DNA from: Anolis carolinensis
Taxonomy: Eukaryota
NCBI RefSeq assembly: GCF_035594765.1
Contig: NC_085842.1
Location: forward strand, 166,545,036-166,609,035
DNA: 64,000 nucleotides
Direction: 5' to 3'
Within the stretch, counting starts at the first letter, position 1, and every line of letters begins with the position of its first letter. The notes below the pieces were generated by a model. That model was given only the letters and a program-made list of their open reading frames with translations, ran no database searches and was not told where the DNA came from. The translations under genes and the position numbers were made by a program. Shown one piece after another: positions 25,771-39,000 of the stretch.

Positions 25771-27478
25771 ATGTTTATGGACAGGTTGGCCCCATACCTA
25801 GAGGCATGGAAGAAGATAACTTCGGACTTATGGGTCCTAGACATCATCAGGAGTGGTTATGCCATTGAATTCAGATCCTTCCCCCACACGGGGATTCCCT
25901 TCCCTACCACACCCTCTGAATGCCTCTGAGAAGAGGTGGCCACCTTATTGGCCAAAGGGGCGATTTCTAGGGTTTCACACAAGAAAGCCAGACGTTGCTT
26001 CTTTAGATACTTCTTAATAAAAGAGGTGGAGAAATGCGCCCCATCCTAGACCTTAGAGCGGTCAACCAACACATTAGAATTCATGATGGTCACACTCTCA
26101 ATCCTTCCCTTCCTTCGAAAAGGGGCCTGGTTCGCAACATTTCAGTGAGGCGCTCCCACCGGAGATACCTTAGCTTCAAGGTTAGTGGCACCTGTTATTC
26201 CTTCAATGTGCTTCCTTTCAGCCAGGCAACAGCACCGAGAGTTTTTATGAAGTGCATGTCTGTGGTAGCCGCTTACCTGAGGCAAAAGGGCGTGATGGTT
26301 TTTCCCTATATAGACGACTGGCTTCTGCTGAGTGACTCTAGGGCCCGTCTTCAGTCTGATGTGTCGTTTACCTTGTCTTTTCTACAGAGGCTCGGGCTAG
26401 TTATCAACGAGGAAAAGTCTCATCTCACCCCTACACAGGAAATTCATTTTATTGGAGCGGTCTTGGACTCTATCGCTGAAAGAGCCTACTTGCCGGAAGA
26501 GCGTTTTCATACCATCCACACGGCCGTCGCCAATCTTTGCGCAAGGAGGGATATCCAATCCATCCTTGGCCATATGGCTCAACTACATCCCTTATAGATT
26601 TTGCGAGGCGCAGGATGCGACCCCTTCAAATACGGTTCTTAAGAGTATTTGACCCATTCCCTCACAGCCAAAGGACCCCGCTAGAGCCCCCACCTGAGGT
26701 CCTCAGGTCTCTCGCATGGTGGATGAAACGACGCAGCCTGTGGGCCAGCCTTCCCTTCAATCCACCGGAGCCATCTCGCGAGCTGACAACGGATGCGTCC
26801 CAGGGCGGTTGGTGGGCACACCTGGAAGGCCTCACAGTCAACGGCAAATGTTCAAACCTTCAAAGCAACTTCCATATCAACGTCCCCAAGCTGATGGCTG
26901 TAGAGAAGGCCCTTAATGCGGTCAGCAATCTCCTCGAACAGAAGACAGTGCGAGAGATAACGGACAGTACAACAGTGAAATACTACCTCAACAAACAAGG
27001 GGGTACGCACTCGAAGACCTTGCTGCTCCTATCATTGTGGATATGGGAGTGGTGTGTACACAAACAAATGAAAATCCTAGCTGTTCACCTGCCCGGGAAA
27101 GACAATGTTCTCACGGACACACTGAGCGGGTCCTCTTCAACCACCCACGAATGGCAACTGAACATCAGAGACTTTCATCTCCTAGCTCGTTGCTGGGGTT
27201 GGCCAGCGATAGACCTCTTCACATCCCCCCAAAACAGCCAGTGCTCCAATTTCTGCGCCCGTCTCTGCCCTCACACCACTCCAGGGTGCCTGAGGGATGC
27301 ATTCAGATACACGTGGATAGGGGACCTGCTATACGTGTTTCCTCCTCTTCCCCTAATTGGCAGAACAGTCACGAAAATAATACTAGACAATTCAGACTGC
27401 ATCCTAGTGTCTCCCTGGTGGCCCTGCCAACCGTGGTTCACACCACTTTGGAAGGCGGCCAAGGGCGAATACCTCTGA
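25771..27478 (+). pseudogene. DIRS pol: RT, RNase H and Dam-like methyltransferase, frameshifted
   Basis: RPILDLR, LPF..APRVF, YIDDWL; LTTDAS, HINV, TDSTT; IDLF, YVFPP, PWWP.QPWF. Confidence 0.9.
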
Positions 27479-27545
27479 CTCGGGGCCTCACCAGACCTGT
27501 TGATGCTCACCAAGGCTGGGTCAACCACCCGGACATACAAACGTT

Positions 27546-28597
27546 ATGCCTTACCAGGTGGAGGATCAGATCTCGAGGAACCTCTCCTCCCCTGTGAGGG
27601 CCATCCTCTGGGCAGCTCAAAAATTTTCGACGAGGCAGGCGTACAAGTACAAGTGGGATAGGTTCAAGAAGTTCATGGAACCCAAAGGGCTGCATCCCAT
27701 CTCAGCCCCAACACCCGTTGTCCTGGACTTCTTGGTCTACCTGTCAAAGTCTGGCCTCTCGCTGGCCTCTCTGAAATGCTATGTAGCTGCTTTGTCTTGG
27801 TACAGAAGAGGTCCACTGGGGCAATTCTATTTTCAAGATCCCCTGGTAAAGCTCTTTTTTAGGGGATTCAAGAATTTACATCCCCCAGAAACACCGCCGC
27901 CTCCAGCCTGGAGTCTAGAGCTAGTTCTGTCTCAGCTCTCAAAGCCACCATTTGAGCCGATGGCCTCCGGAGACATCTGTTATCTCTCCTGGAAGACGGC
28001 TTTCCTTGTGACTGTTACATCAGCAAGGAGGACTAGTGAACTCTGTGCCCTTAGGGCAGACCCACCGTACCTCTGCTTCCACAACAACAAGGTGTAGTGC
28101 TGAGGACCGATGTCACTTTCTTGCCCAAGGTGGTTACTAGATTCCATATGTGTCAAGATATTTCACTGCCAGGCTTTTTCCAGAATTCATCTTCACCCTT
28201 GGAAGTAGCATTGCACTCCCTAGATGTGAGACGGGCGCTAGCATTTTATGTTCAGCGAACAGCAGAGTTTAGGAAGTCGACTCGTTTCTTCCTGAAGTAT
28301 TGACCGTATGCAGTGGGTACCCCAGTCTCCTCCCAATGCCTGGCAGCTTGGATCGTAGCGACCATCCACCTGGTGTACAAGTTTGCAGGCCAAGACCCTC
28401 CGCAGCGAGTGACAGCTCACTCCATAAGAGCTTTAGCAGTATCTCAGGCGTTCCTCAAAGGGGTGCCTTTGGAGGACATATGTAGATCAGCAACGTGGTC
28501 CTCGTTGTTTACCTTCGACTTGCATTACAAGCTGGACATCCTGGCGAAGAAGGACGCAGCACTTGGGAGGGCCGTTCTCTTCTTATGTGTGGCATAA
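27546..28597 (+). pseudogene. DIRS tyrosine recombinase, interrupted
   Basis: SARRTSEL (catalytic R), HSIR, ATW and HY motifs; breaks at ~28097 and ~28303. Confidence 0.9.
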
Positions 28598-28628
28598 CCC
28601 GCCACCTTCAGTGAGTAGCTTGTCAGTC

Positions 28629-28987
28629 TCCCATATGTGCGATTTCCACAGAAGCACCACGAAGAAGAAGATATAGTTGCTTACCTGTAACTGTGTTTCT
28701 TCGAGTGGTGTTCTGTGGAATTCGCACAACCCCCCATCCTCCCCGCGATGCTCATGCCACGGTGCTTCAGCTGCTTCCTGGCGGCTGGGAACTGAGGCTA
28801 GCCCCGCCCACAGGGCTATATATATTCTATTGGGGAATGTGGGTGGGGCTTCCACCAAAATGTTTCAAATAGAGAGTTCTAGAAGGTTTTGAAATGCTGC
28901 ACAGGTGCAGGAGAATGTCCCATATGTGCGAATTCCACAGAACACCACTCGAAGAAACACAGTTACAGGTAAGCAACTATATCTTCT
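28629..28987. repeat. DIRS internal complementary region (ICR), right ITR and extension
   Basis: Perfect 63-bp inverted repeat, 28666-28728 vs 28925-28987; imperfect direct repeat cccatatgtgcga..ccacagaa at 28630 and 28919. Confidence 0.9.
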
Positions 28988-29826
28988 CTAGCCTCCTTCA
29001 CATCCCCACTGTCAGTACAGACACTGCTAAAAATGTCCAGGTAGACAGAGGACAAGGAGAAAAAGCAGGCTTAGAAAGGACTTTGTGAAAAGAAGTTTCT
29101 TTGTCACAAGCTCTGTTAACTGAGATATGTCTGGAGATGAATGGCAGCAGGTCTGAAATCTCAGTGTGGAAAGTAGAGTTTATTCTGTTAACCATGAAAA
29201 AAATATTGTAATGTCAAACCATGGGGAGAAGTGTTTTTGTGAGGTGAGATTTTTGCAGTTATTAGCATTGGGCTGTACTAGATTATATTATGATCTTTTA
29301 GACTGGACCTATCTCTGGGATTTGCTGGAAACAAAGGTGGACGCTATGTGTCATCCTCCTGCCTTTTGGAAAGTATAAAATCTTTCATCTAAAATCCTTA
29401 TGTCCAGTACACAGGTTGCTAATTGGAAGACAAAACTAGAGAGCATCTAGAAAGTAAATGTGATAGCAAAGCTGGAGACATTTTTACATACTCTACTCGG
29501 CTTAAAAAAAAACAGTAGGAGTGAAACTGGATGTCTTTTCCTAACATTCAAAGGAACTGAAACCTCAGAAAATAAAATCCCAGCCTAAGATGGTATAGCA
29601 TCCCCTTCCTGTAGTGGGGTCCTGCTGATAGCAGCTAAATTCAGGACTGAAATTTTACTGGAAAGGGCAACCATATTGGCTATGAGGGAAAAAAATAATA
29701 ATCAATAATAGTGTGATAACCTCTATTTGTTCAGCTCATGTAAGTGACAAAAATGCAAGTCTATGAGATCTCTGATTCTATGCATCTGCTGAGAAGTTAC
29801 AGAGAGCAAGTTGATTAAGGTGGGGA

Positions 29827-29975
29827 NNNNNNNNNNNNNNNNNNNNNNNNNNNNNNNNNNNNNNNNNNNNNNNNNNNNNNNNNNNNNNNNNNNNNNNNNN
29901 NNNNNNNNNNNNNNNNNNNNNNNNNNNNNNNNNNNNNNNNNNNNNNNNNNNNNNNNNNNNNNNNNNNNNNNNNNN
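29827..29975. other. Assembly gap (149 N)
   Basis: Run of N. Confidence 1.
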
Positions 29976-32900
29976 CATTTGCTGTTGGTTTCTTATTGCA
30001 TGCCTCCTCTTTTGCTGCTCTTTGATCCCAAAAGATAATGTTTAGTCAAATAGCAGCAAAGGAGGGCATGATTTTCAAAGGCAAACCCTGTACCAGAAAT
30101 ATACTCTAGAATAGATAGTAGACCTGCTTGCAGCTTCTTCTTCAAAATAGTCGACTTAAATCCACTTTCTAAAAGTGTGAATGATCTTTAGCTTACTAAC
30201 TTTTATTTCTATGTCCCTCGGTGCATCCATAGAAGGAGGAGCCTAAATGAGGTTTATGTTTAATGTAAAACCCTTTGGATCAATAATTGATTGTTAATTT
30301 CATTTATATGAGAGTATAGAAGCTATATGAGTATATGAATTTTGTCTAATTTTGGAAAACCTTACATTAGTAAGAAACATGGGAACCAGGCCCGTTCCTT
30401 ACATGCTTTGTTCCAAATTGCTTCTGAGGCTGCAGTACAAGATGCACTTGCAAGAGAATACGCTGCAGTAAACACAGTGGGAAACAAACACAGGTTTGGA
30501 CTGTCAACTTCACTTTGAAAACGCTTCTGATTGATTGATTTGATTTGCACTTACATGGCATCTCTGCATAGAAGCAGATTAACACTGTTAACGTTTTGTA
30601 CCCTGTACTTCAAAATGTAAAATGTGAATCTGCTCTAATGAAAAGTAGTGTATGTCCAGAGTAGTGGATTGTTCTTGATCCTCCTCTCTCTTTCTCTCTT
30701 GCTTTTTTTCTCCCCACCCCCTCTGCCTTGAAATGATGTCACCATGCTCCAACTTGAGTAGCCATGAATGTCCGCCTGTTGATTTTAGAATAATGGAAAG
30801 TGACAAGGTGAAGAATAGTGCTGGCAGTCATGGACATTTCAACAGAGAGATGCTAGGGCACTTCCTCCCCCACACTCTCGATGGTCTAGAAATGAGCAAG
30901 TGGCTTGTGCGGGACTGTGCTGATATGGTTTACATGTCGTAATATAAGATGAATACCCTGTGTCTTAGCATCTTCTAATGTGTTCACTCAAGATTCTGTT
31001 ATGAATGGGTGAAAAAGTAGCTGCTGTCACTAGAAGCATTTTTGGTGTAACTATATCTTTGGTGTTTGCAGTCTTTGGATTTCCCTGACACATATTTAGC
31101 AAAAACGAAAGTCGCTTAATTTAATGTTTGCTAAATACAGACTTTTCTAAGTTTTGACCATGTTTCTCTCCATACGAGGAGCCCCACTTTTATATCTATA
31201 TCTGTATATATTCCAATTTGTAGACTGGACCATAAGGCTCAGAACAGATTTAAATCAGTCATAAATAGACAAGATGGATCAGTGGCCAAGAAATGTTTTG
31301 CAACTTCTGTCAGATACTGACCCTTCACCCCTGACCCCTTTACCCTTGTTTCTGTTTTTCTATTATTCCTTGCATCTGACCTGAATTCTTTATTTTTCTT
31401 TCTTTCTGTGAAATCCTGAAACTGTCCTTGTGATCCAGTCATGCTGACACGTATAGTTAAACTAGTCCTGGGAGATGTAGTGTTCTCTACATATCAGCCA
31501 TCTTCTCCTAAGCTCCTGCACACATTCCCATAGTGAAGAGAGTTTACTGTCTTTGCTACTGAGATATGGAAGGAATAAGTCTGATAGTTTGGAAAAATCT
31601 ACTTTTTTGTCAGATTGGTACATTTAATGAACTATTAAGTCATCCCATATTACATAAGTGTGAATGATGGATCATTTTCCTAATCTAAATAGCTGGTTTT
31701 CTACTGTTATGAGGTCCTGTCATTTGCTACTAGCCATCAGTTTTAGTAATAATGCAGGTTTTCTGTCAAGGAAATTAAATTTTATATTCAACTATAATTG
31801 ATAAAATTATGTACATTGTTTACTGAATGTACAACCTTTTAATTATAACAATGAGAAGAAAGGCAGAACGGGTAAGATGTAGCAGTTGACATTATTTCTA
31901 AATAGTTTGTGTACATCATTTCAGTGAGCTACTTTTCTTATTCAGCACAACTTTAAAAAGATCTTGCTCTTAAATATTCTTCCTACCCTTTCCATTTTCT
32001 AACTCAAACATTTTGTTTTATTTAATTTTGTTTGTAAAATGTAACTGAAGGCCTTGTTCTCTACAGTTGTTTCATTTTAAATTGGAATAGATAATTTAGT
32101 TTATAATCACGACTTTGACCAGTTAAATAAATTTGCATAATTTCTAGAGTTATGAGAGCTATGCCATGCCTGGTATAATACTCTGATGTATGGGGTTTTT
32201 CTAAAGCTCATAAAATAATTCATGTGAGTGGATAGGAGATAGTCACAAGTATTGAAATTGTTTCCACACTAACATGTTTTTACTTGAGTTAGTTAACATA
32301 TTTTGGTATATATAATAATATACTTACCCTCAAAATCAGTCATGAATAGATTGGCTATGGTGAGCACTATAATATCGCTCCTGCCCTAGTAGCCAATCAA
32401 TTTGTGGTTGATTTTGAGGAGAAAATACATTTTTTCATCCTTCTAATCCATTTGACCCCAAAACAATCATTGTTGGACTGTAAAGCCCTTGGTTAATGTC
32501 CTAGATGTTGTTTGCAGGGACTTACAACCATGAAATAGCCATCACCTTCCAAACAGCTCAAGGTATTATTGGAAATGCCTTGTCTATTCCAGTCAAATTG
32601 TCCAAAATGGCAGCTGTGGCTCCAAAAAAGTCCAAAAATGGAATGGTGCTATCTTGCAGGCTCCAGAGCATGCACACTCCCTGTTTCTAAGAATAATCCA
32701 GATCTAGGCAAGGTAAAAACAGCATGGAAGTGTTTCTTAACTCAATTAAACTAGTTTGAAAAGAAAGACACTTCAGCTTTTATGGCATTCTCCCTGTCCT
32801 TCAAAAGTGACACTAATCTCATACAAGATAGCTCCAATCTTAGGAACTTGACATTCATAGTTGTATTATTTAAAATGAAAATGGTAAAATCACTCTAGTA

Positions 32901-35384
32901 TAGTGCTCAGAATTCATATATTACACATAATATTTAACACAGGATTCTATTTTAAGCAGGAATTAATAAATGGAACAGAATACTGTAGTTGAATATATTC
33001 AGAGCTTGGAAATGTTAGTAATTTTCCTAGTGATTTGTTTAATTATAAATTTCTCTTAGCAATTTATTGTCTGTTTCTTCAATATTTGTGAGAGAAACAT
33101 AGAAAATACATTAAACTGCATTCTTTATCATTTTCTTGGATTTGCTAAAAGCCCAACCATACATTTTATCATTTAAAAAAAATAAGAAAAGGACACTGTG
33201 TTTGCCGTCTTATTGGTGCTTCTGACAAGCATACCAGAGTGTATTAAGACCTCTTCAGAGCTGGAAAAGTTAGCTCTTGACCCTTTCTCTCTGGGCATGA
33301 AAGAGAGTGTGTGTGAGAGAAAGATGCTTCTGTTTAAAGAAAGATTTTAAAGCTTAGTTTCAGTGGATGGAAGGGGGGACTGAGTGTGGTGTGGGTATGA
33401 TGGTGGCGATGGATTCCAGAGGGGACAATTTGCCCCCCTCCCCCCAACCAAACAAGGTTGCCCAGTTTGCCCAGCAAATATAAAGAGAATGTGTATGGGG
33501 AACTGGCCTCACATTGACAAAAAAATCTTGCAATAAAGCTTCTGCTTTGCATCCGTCTTTAGCCAAAATGATTGGCTAATAGATTGGCCAAAATGAGAAA
33601 AACTGTCAGGGAACAGAGGTATCCACAAATCTATTTCTGTTTGTTTAAAAATGATAAATAGTATAAGAGAACCTGAAATATATTTAAAAATTGATTATCA
33701 ACTCCAAGAGGCTCCCAGGAGAGGCAATTTGCCCTTCGGTTTGCCAGAAAAAGGGCAGTCTAGAGGCAGGTCAGTGGCCTCAGAAAGAGCCTGGGGTATG
33801 TCTTTGCAGTGCCATGGCTGCATTTTTCCTATTCCAGTTTAGAATAACAAGCAAGTATAATCAATTATGTCCAAATTAACAGTGTTTACTTGTTGCCATT
33901 GAACACAGTAGTGTTTACTTTAGTGGTCTTCTAAACATATTATAAGTTAACATTGTTAAGATGTTATTTCCTGGATCTTGTTGAATATAAATTATTGCAC
34001 TAATATATGCAAAACTGACAGTATCTCATCATTCTTGCCTTTGGGGGTGAAAGATGCCAGAATCTCAGAAGTGAAATATGTACACATATTGGATGGAGCT
34101 CAAGGTCATGGTGAATAACCCTTTGTGTGACACTCAAAACCTTTCCTTCCTACAGCTCTCAAGCCCAAAGGGGGTGACTTTCAGATTGGTGAAAGGGAGA
34201 CGTGAATTCAGATGGCATAGCTTTGAAGGGAAGGGGTAGGAAGATGCACACTATCTGTGAGCACCCCCTCATTTTCTTCTCCCTCTGAGCCAAAAAGAAT
34301 TGATTCTTCATTATCTGACTTGCCTCTTAGCTCAGTTCACCAGTGAACAGCAATAGCAACCCTTCCCAGGTCTTTAAGACTCCAAAGTGACATTTGATTC
34401 TCCCCCCCCCCCCCCCCCAATTGCACTAAGGGGCACTTTTCAAATATTTAAAAATATTAAAATTGGAATAGAAGGGGATGCCAGATAAATATATTCCGTG
34501 TTTATAGAATATGTATAACACATTATTTATTTTTTATTTTTATGTACATTACTTTTACCCCGCCTTTCTCTCCGAGGAGACTCAGGTTGGTTTGTTTTTT
34601 GGGGTTGTTTTTTTTTTTGCTTCTTTGTGGGAGGTTTTAATAAGTAAATATTGGCAGACATTCATAACATCCAGCAATAGCTCTTATCTTCAGGTCTCCA
34701 GCTAGCCTAGAATAGAAGCTTAATTGTATAGTTTGAGTAGGTAGCATGCTGCCGGAGATATTGGTATGTGCCATCACTTCGTCTTCAAATTAAGGCAACC
34801 CTCTGAAAGCGAAATCTCTAAGAGACTCGGTTATTAACAGCCCTGCTCAGGCCTTGCAATCATGAGGCAGTGGCTTTCTTGATTAGTATTATCCATCTGT
34901 AGGGAAAGGAAGAAGAATTGCTCTCTACTTCTAAAACTGTTCCTAGCTGTATCATGTACTAGTAAAGACATCTGAACTTGGATATGAATTCCAACTTTGT
35001 AACTTTCTTTAACTGTATGCAATTGGAGGAGGGGGCTTTCCATTGGAATGGGAAAGAGAAATACCTTTCCCTCTTCACTCCTGAAGTTTCCTGGTAGTTT
35101 TTTTTAATCACATGCATCTCTTCTCCCTTTTACTTTTGTTTCCATCCTTTCCCATCACCACACATATATTTAACATTATATGAATTCTCAAACTCAGAGG
35201 ACAGATGTTTTTACATTGCTATGGCGTTTAATGGTTTTTATCCTTTATCTTTCTTTTTTTGCATCAAATAAGTCTCCCAGAATTATGGAAACTTACTTTG
35301 TATTTGGCAACCCCATTTTCCTACAAGTAGTACTTCCAAATATGCTTCTTTCTAACTTGTATAATAAAATATACCCACCTTTGG

Positions 35385-35690
35385 CAGTATCAGCAGTGTG
35401 AGCTGCTGAACCTGCTGACCAAAAGGTTGGTGGTTCGATCTGGGGAGCAGAGTGAACTTCCGCTGTTACCCAGCTTCTGCCAACCTAGCAGTTCGAAAAC
35501 ATGCAAATGTGAGTAGATCAATAGGTATCTCTCCGGCGGGAAGGTAACGGTGCTCCATGCAATCATTCCAGCCACATGACCTTGGAGGTGTCTACGGACA
35601 ACACCAGCTCTTCAGCTTAGAAATGGAGATGAACACTAACCCCCAGAGTCAGACACAACTAGATATAATGTCAGGGGAAAACCTTTACCT
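35385..35690 (+). mobile_element. Sauria SINE (older copy)
   Basis: Reverse complement of the 9768 and 50354 copies; ends ggggaaaacctttacct. Confidence 0.85.
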
Positions 35691-35946
35691 ATGTATAGAT
35701 ATTTCCTTCCATATTTTGGAAAGTACTATCCTTGCTTAATTGTGTGTTTACATTGGGTTTTGAATGTTTGCCCATTAAAATGGGAATTGTAAGCCATTGC
35801 TAGCCTCCAACTTCGAGCAGTCCTACTCCTGACTAGCACCAGTCAGCATACTCAATCCCAAGGAATGCTGAAAGTTGTGGTCACACAGTATCTGGAGAGC
35901 TGTGCAGTTCCCACTCGTGCTGTGTTTTGGGAGCATTTTTACTCAG

Positions 35947-36078
35947 TCATAGAATCATAGAGTTGGAAGAGACCTCGTGGGCCATCCAGTCCAACCCCCT
36001 GCCAAGAAGCAGGAAATCAAAGCACCCCCGACAGATGGCCATCCAGCCTCTGTTTAAAAGCCTCCAAAGAAGGAGCCT
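35947..36078 (-). mobile_element. CR1 3' tail fragment
   Basis: catagaatcatagagttggaagagacc...cctccaaagaaggagcct; complements 9480-9611. Confidence 0.85.
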
Positions 36079-36611
36079 TAAAAATAAATAGCTGGACATC
36101 CACCCTCAACTGGAGCATTTGCTCCAATTAAAGAGACATATCATATTCCTGCCAGCATACCCTAGAAAGGGTAGGCAACTTTTATAGGTTCATGGGCTGC
36201 ACATAGCAGTGACCAAACATCAGGGAAATGCATCTGTTGCTCCAATACCTTATTTTCTATATGGGAAGACGCCTGGAGATGTGACGGGACCATTTTATCA
36301 TCCCCCACCCAATCTGATGTAAGCCCAGAAGGACCATGTTCTAAATTTGCTTAAAATTGTTACTTTTGGTTGTGGGGAAAGCCCCCCCCCCCCTCAAGCC
36401 TAAGATAGCTCAAAGGGCCCCAGAACATAGTGGAAGAGTCTCTGGGGTCTTGGGAAGTGTTGTTGACCATTTTGGAGGAGGAAAAAGTACTGGCAATTAT
36501 ATTGAGGAAGCGCCTTCTTTGATCACAGAAACAGCTGGGGGCTGCATGTAATCTAGAGGTCTCATTTGGCCAACACAGTATGTAACAGATTTTACAAGGG
36601 ATGAACCTAAT

Positions 36612-37009
36612 ACAAGCTGAGTATCCCTTTTCAGAAATGCTTGTATAATCATAGAAACATAGTGTTAGAGAGGCCGCAAGGGTTATTCAGTCCAACCCTT
36701 GCCATGCAGGAACACACAGTCAATTTGTTCAGTATTACTAGAAGTGTTTTGAATTTCAGATTTTGGAATTCCTGTATTTCCATGTATGTACATAATGAGA
36801 AATCATGGAGATGGCTAAATACAAAATTCATTCATTCTTCATATACACTTTACACACATGGCCTAAAGGTAATTTTATACAATGTTTTTAATAATTTTAT
36901 GTATATTGAACTATTACAAAGGTATTATTTGTCTAAACTACCTGTATGGACAATGTTGGATTTTGGAATATTTTGGATTTCAGAATTCTGACTAAGGGAT
37001 GCTCAACCT
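36612..37009. mobile_element. Degenerate TA-flanked MITE with a nested CR1-tail piece (~36648-36720)
   Basis: Ends caagctgagtatccctt / aagggatgctcaacct are imperfect inverted repeats. Confidence 0.55.
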
Positions 37010-37088
37010 ATATAATCCTGGAACTCTAGACTCAAAAAACCTTATTATCTCAGTCAGATTTTGCAAACACTTCAAAGTCATCCTCTTA

Positions 37089-37237
37089 GCGCCCTTCCAC
37101 ACAGCCCTATATCCCAGAATATCAAGGCAGAAAATCCCACAATATGTTATTTGAACTGGGTTATCTGAGTCCACACTCGGATAATGTGGGATTTCCTGCC
37201 TTAATATTCTGGGATATAGGGCTGTGTGGAAGGGCCC
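37089..37237. mobile_element. Palindromic PIF/Harbinger-type MITE
   Basis: ~55-bp arms gcccttccacacagccctatatcccagaatat...; TTA on both sides. Confidence 0.8.
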
Positions 37238-38539
37238 TTAATCTCTCAAAATAGCACACTCCTAAGATATGTGGTCCAAGTACCTGTGAATGCTTTCTAG
37301 TATATGTTAGAGTTGCATTCCCATGAAATACAGTATGTATGGAATATGCTTTTGAGAGAAAGTCAAATACTTTTAATTTTAATATGGTTCATACTCTTAA
37401 TGCATTTCTATTGATTATGATATTTGTCATATTCTAAGTTTAGGTTTACATTCACATTACTTGTTTATATCATTCTTTCTGCTTACAATACATGATATTT
37501 TAAAAATAAACAATGAGAGAGTTTTGAAGGGTCAGTAGGGCTCCTGATCTTTCCTTTCTTCATGGTGCCATTTGAAAAGGATTTTGAGCCCCTAACAAAC
37601 CTTTAGGGAGTAATGGAAGGGTTGCTTAAAGCAAAGACAATGGCAAGGGGTACTCTGCGACCTCACTCTGTCCAGTCATCTGGTTCTTCATTTGTCCCTG
37701 CTGTGAAACAGAACTTATCTTTTGTCTGTAACACAAATACATCTTTTTCCCCAGCCCCCCTTTCCCTTCTATTATAGTTCAATCAATGATGTCATTATGT
37801 GTGCCATTCAGGGACTGTTGAACCACTTGGCTGCAGGAATTTGGAGGAGCAACCAGGGGAAGAATGGAGAACTGTGCTCTCACTCCTAGGCTTCAAGAGT
37901 CTATTCTAATTTTAACCAGAGAAACAGTCACATTTTAAAAACTCCTGTTCGACATAGAAAAAAAATCTAAAGTGAGAAAAAAGGAGGGGGATATACCTAA
38001 GGGCAGTACTGAAACCTAGTTCAGCACTTTCTTTAGAATAGATAATTAGACTCTTAGAAAGTTCTAATTTACAGCACAAACATTTTTCAAACATTTTTAA
38101 TAGTGTCCTCCTTTTTGCTCAAGAAAAGTGCCAGCAACACCAGAATTTCTATCATTGTCTGTAATTTTCTTGTCACCCTCTCATTAAGTTGTTTTGGTTT
38201 GTTTAAACATTTGTCTAATACTGATGGAGAATGAGGCATTTATGTAGACCAGGATCTGTAGGCCTTAGTGTGCCAATGTACATTGCTGTGGTGTAAGTTT
38301 TTTTTAAAACACCCAAAAGATTTTGATGTCTAGCATAGATTTCCTAGTTATAAACATTCCTTATTCTTTTCAGTGTGTGCTATAGAAATATAAACATGTT
38401 GTAAAAATAAAATAGACATCTTGCAGAGAAAACTTTATTTGGAATAATGTCACTTTTGAAAGATTTTTCCTAGGACCCAGAAATTGTATGATATAAGCAG
38501 CAAGTTCTGCTCATCATATAGGAATCCTGCTAGTTTCCC

Positions 38540-39000
38540 TGTGTCTTCAATTCTGTTTTTTATATTCTTCATTGAGTCAGCTTTGATCTAATGGTGATAC
38601 CTTGAATGAGAGATTTCCAACATCAACTAAGTAATCAATGTGCATCTATCTTGTGTCACAAACTCAAGGTTTCCTTCCATCTCTTTCAGCCCTTTTGTCT
38701 TCTACTTTACAGAGATTTGTCATCATTTCCATCAATTCGTGTTGTCTTCTGATATGACCAAAATACAGTTTTGAGCTTTCTGTGCTGGTCAGCTTTCACA
38801 GCCATACATAAAATCAGAAATACTGTGACATAGATACTTCTGATTTTGGTGTATAATGGCACAGCTTTCCACTTGAGGAACTTTCAAGTTCTTTCTTAGT
38901 TGCCCTTTCACATCTTAGATGTTGTCTGGTTTCTTAACTACAGTCTCCATTTTGATCAAGGATTCATGTTGTTGAAAATCTTTTCAATTTATTGTGTACT
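38540..39000 (-). mobile_element. Very old RTE/BovB-like fragment
   Basis: cagctttcacagccatacata...aaatactgtg resembles 16090-16140. Confidence 0.45.

Larger units (their letters stand above)
24690..28987 (+). mobile_element. DIRS1-like tyrosine-recombinase retrotransposon, 5'-deleted, decayed
   Basis: GC-rich block with gag, RT (YIDD), RNase H, methyltransferase-like and YR domains, followed by an ICR and right inverted terminus. Confidence 0.93.

Noticed and set aside
28630-28987. CRISPR-like or prokaryotic integrase system (repeats next to a tyrosine recombinase and a methyltransferase)
   Set aside because: Fully explained by canonical DIRS1 architecture in a vertebrate intron; there is no repeat-spacer array.
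29778-30038. ORFs containing poly-X
   Set aside because: Artefacts of the N gap.
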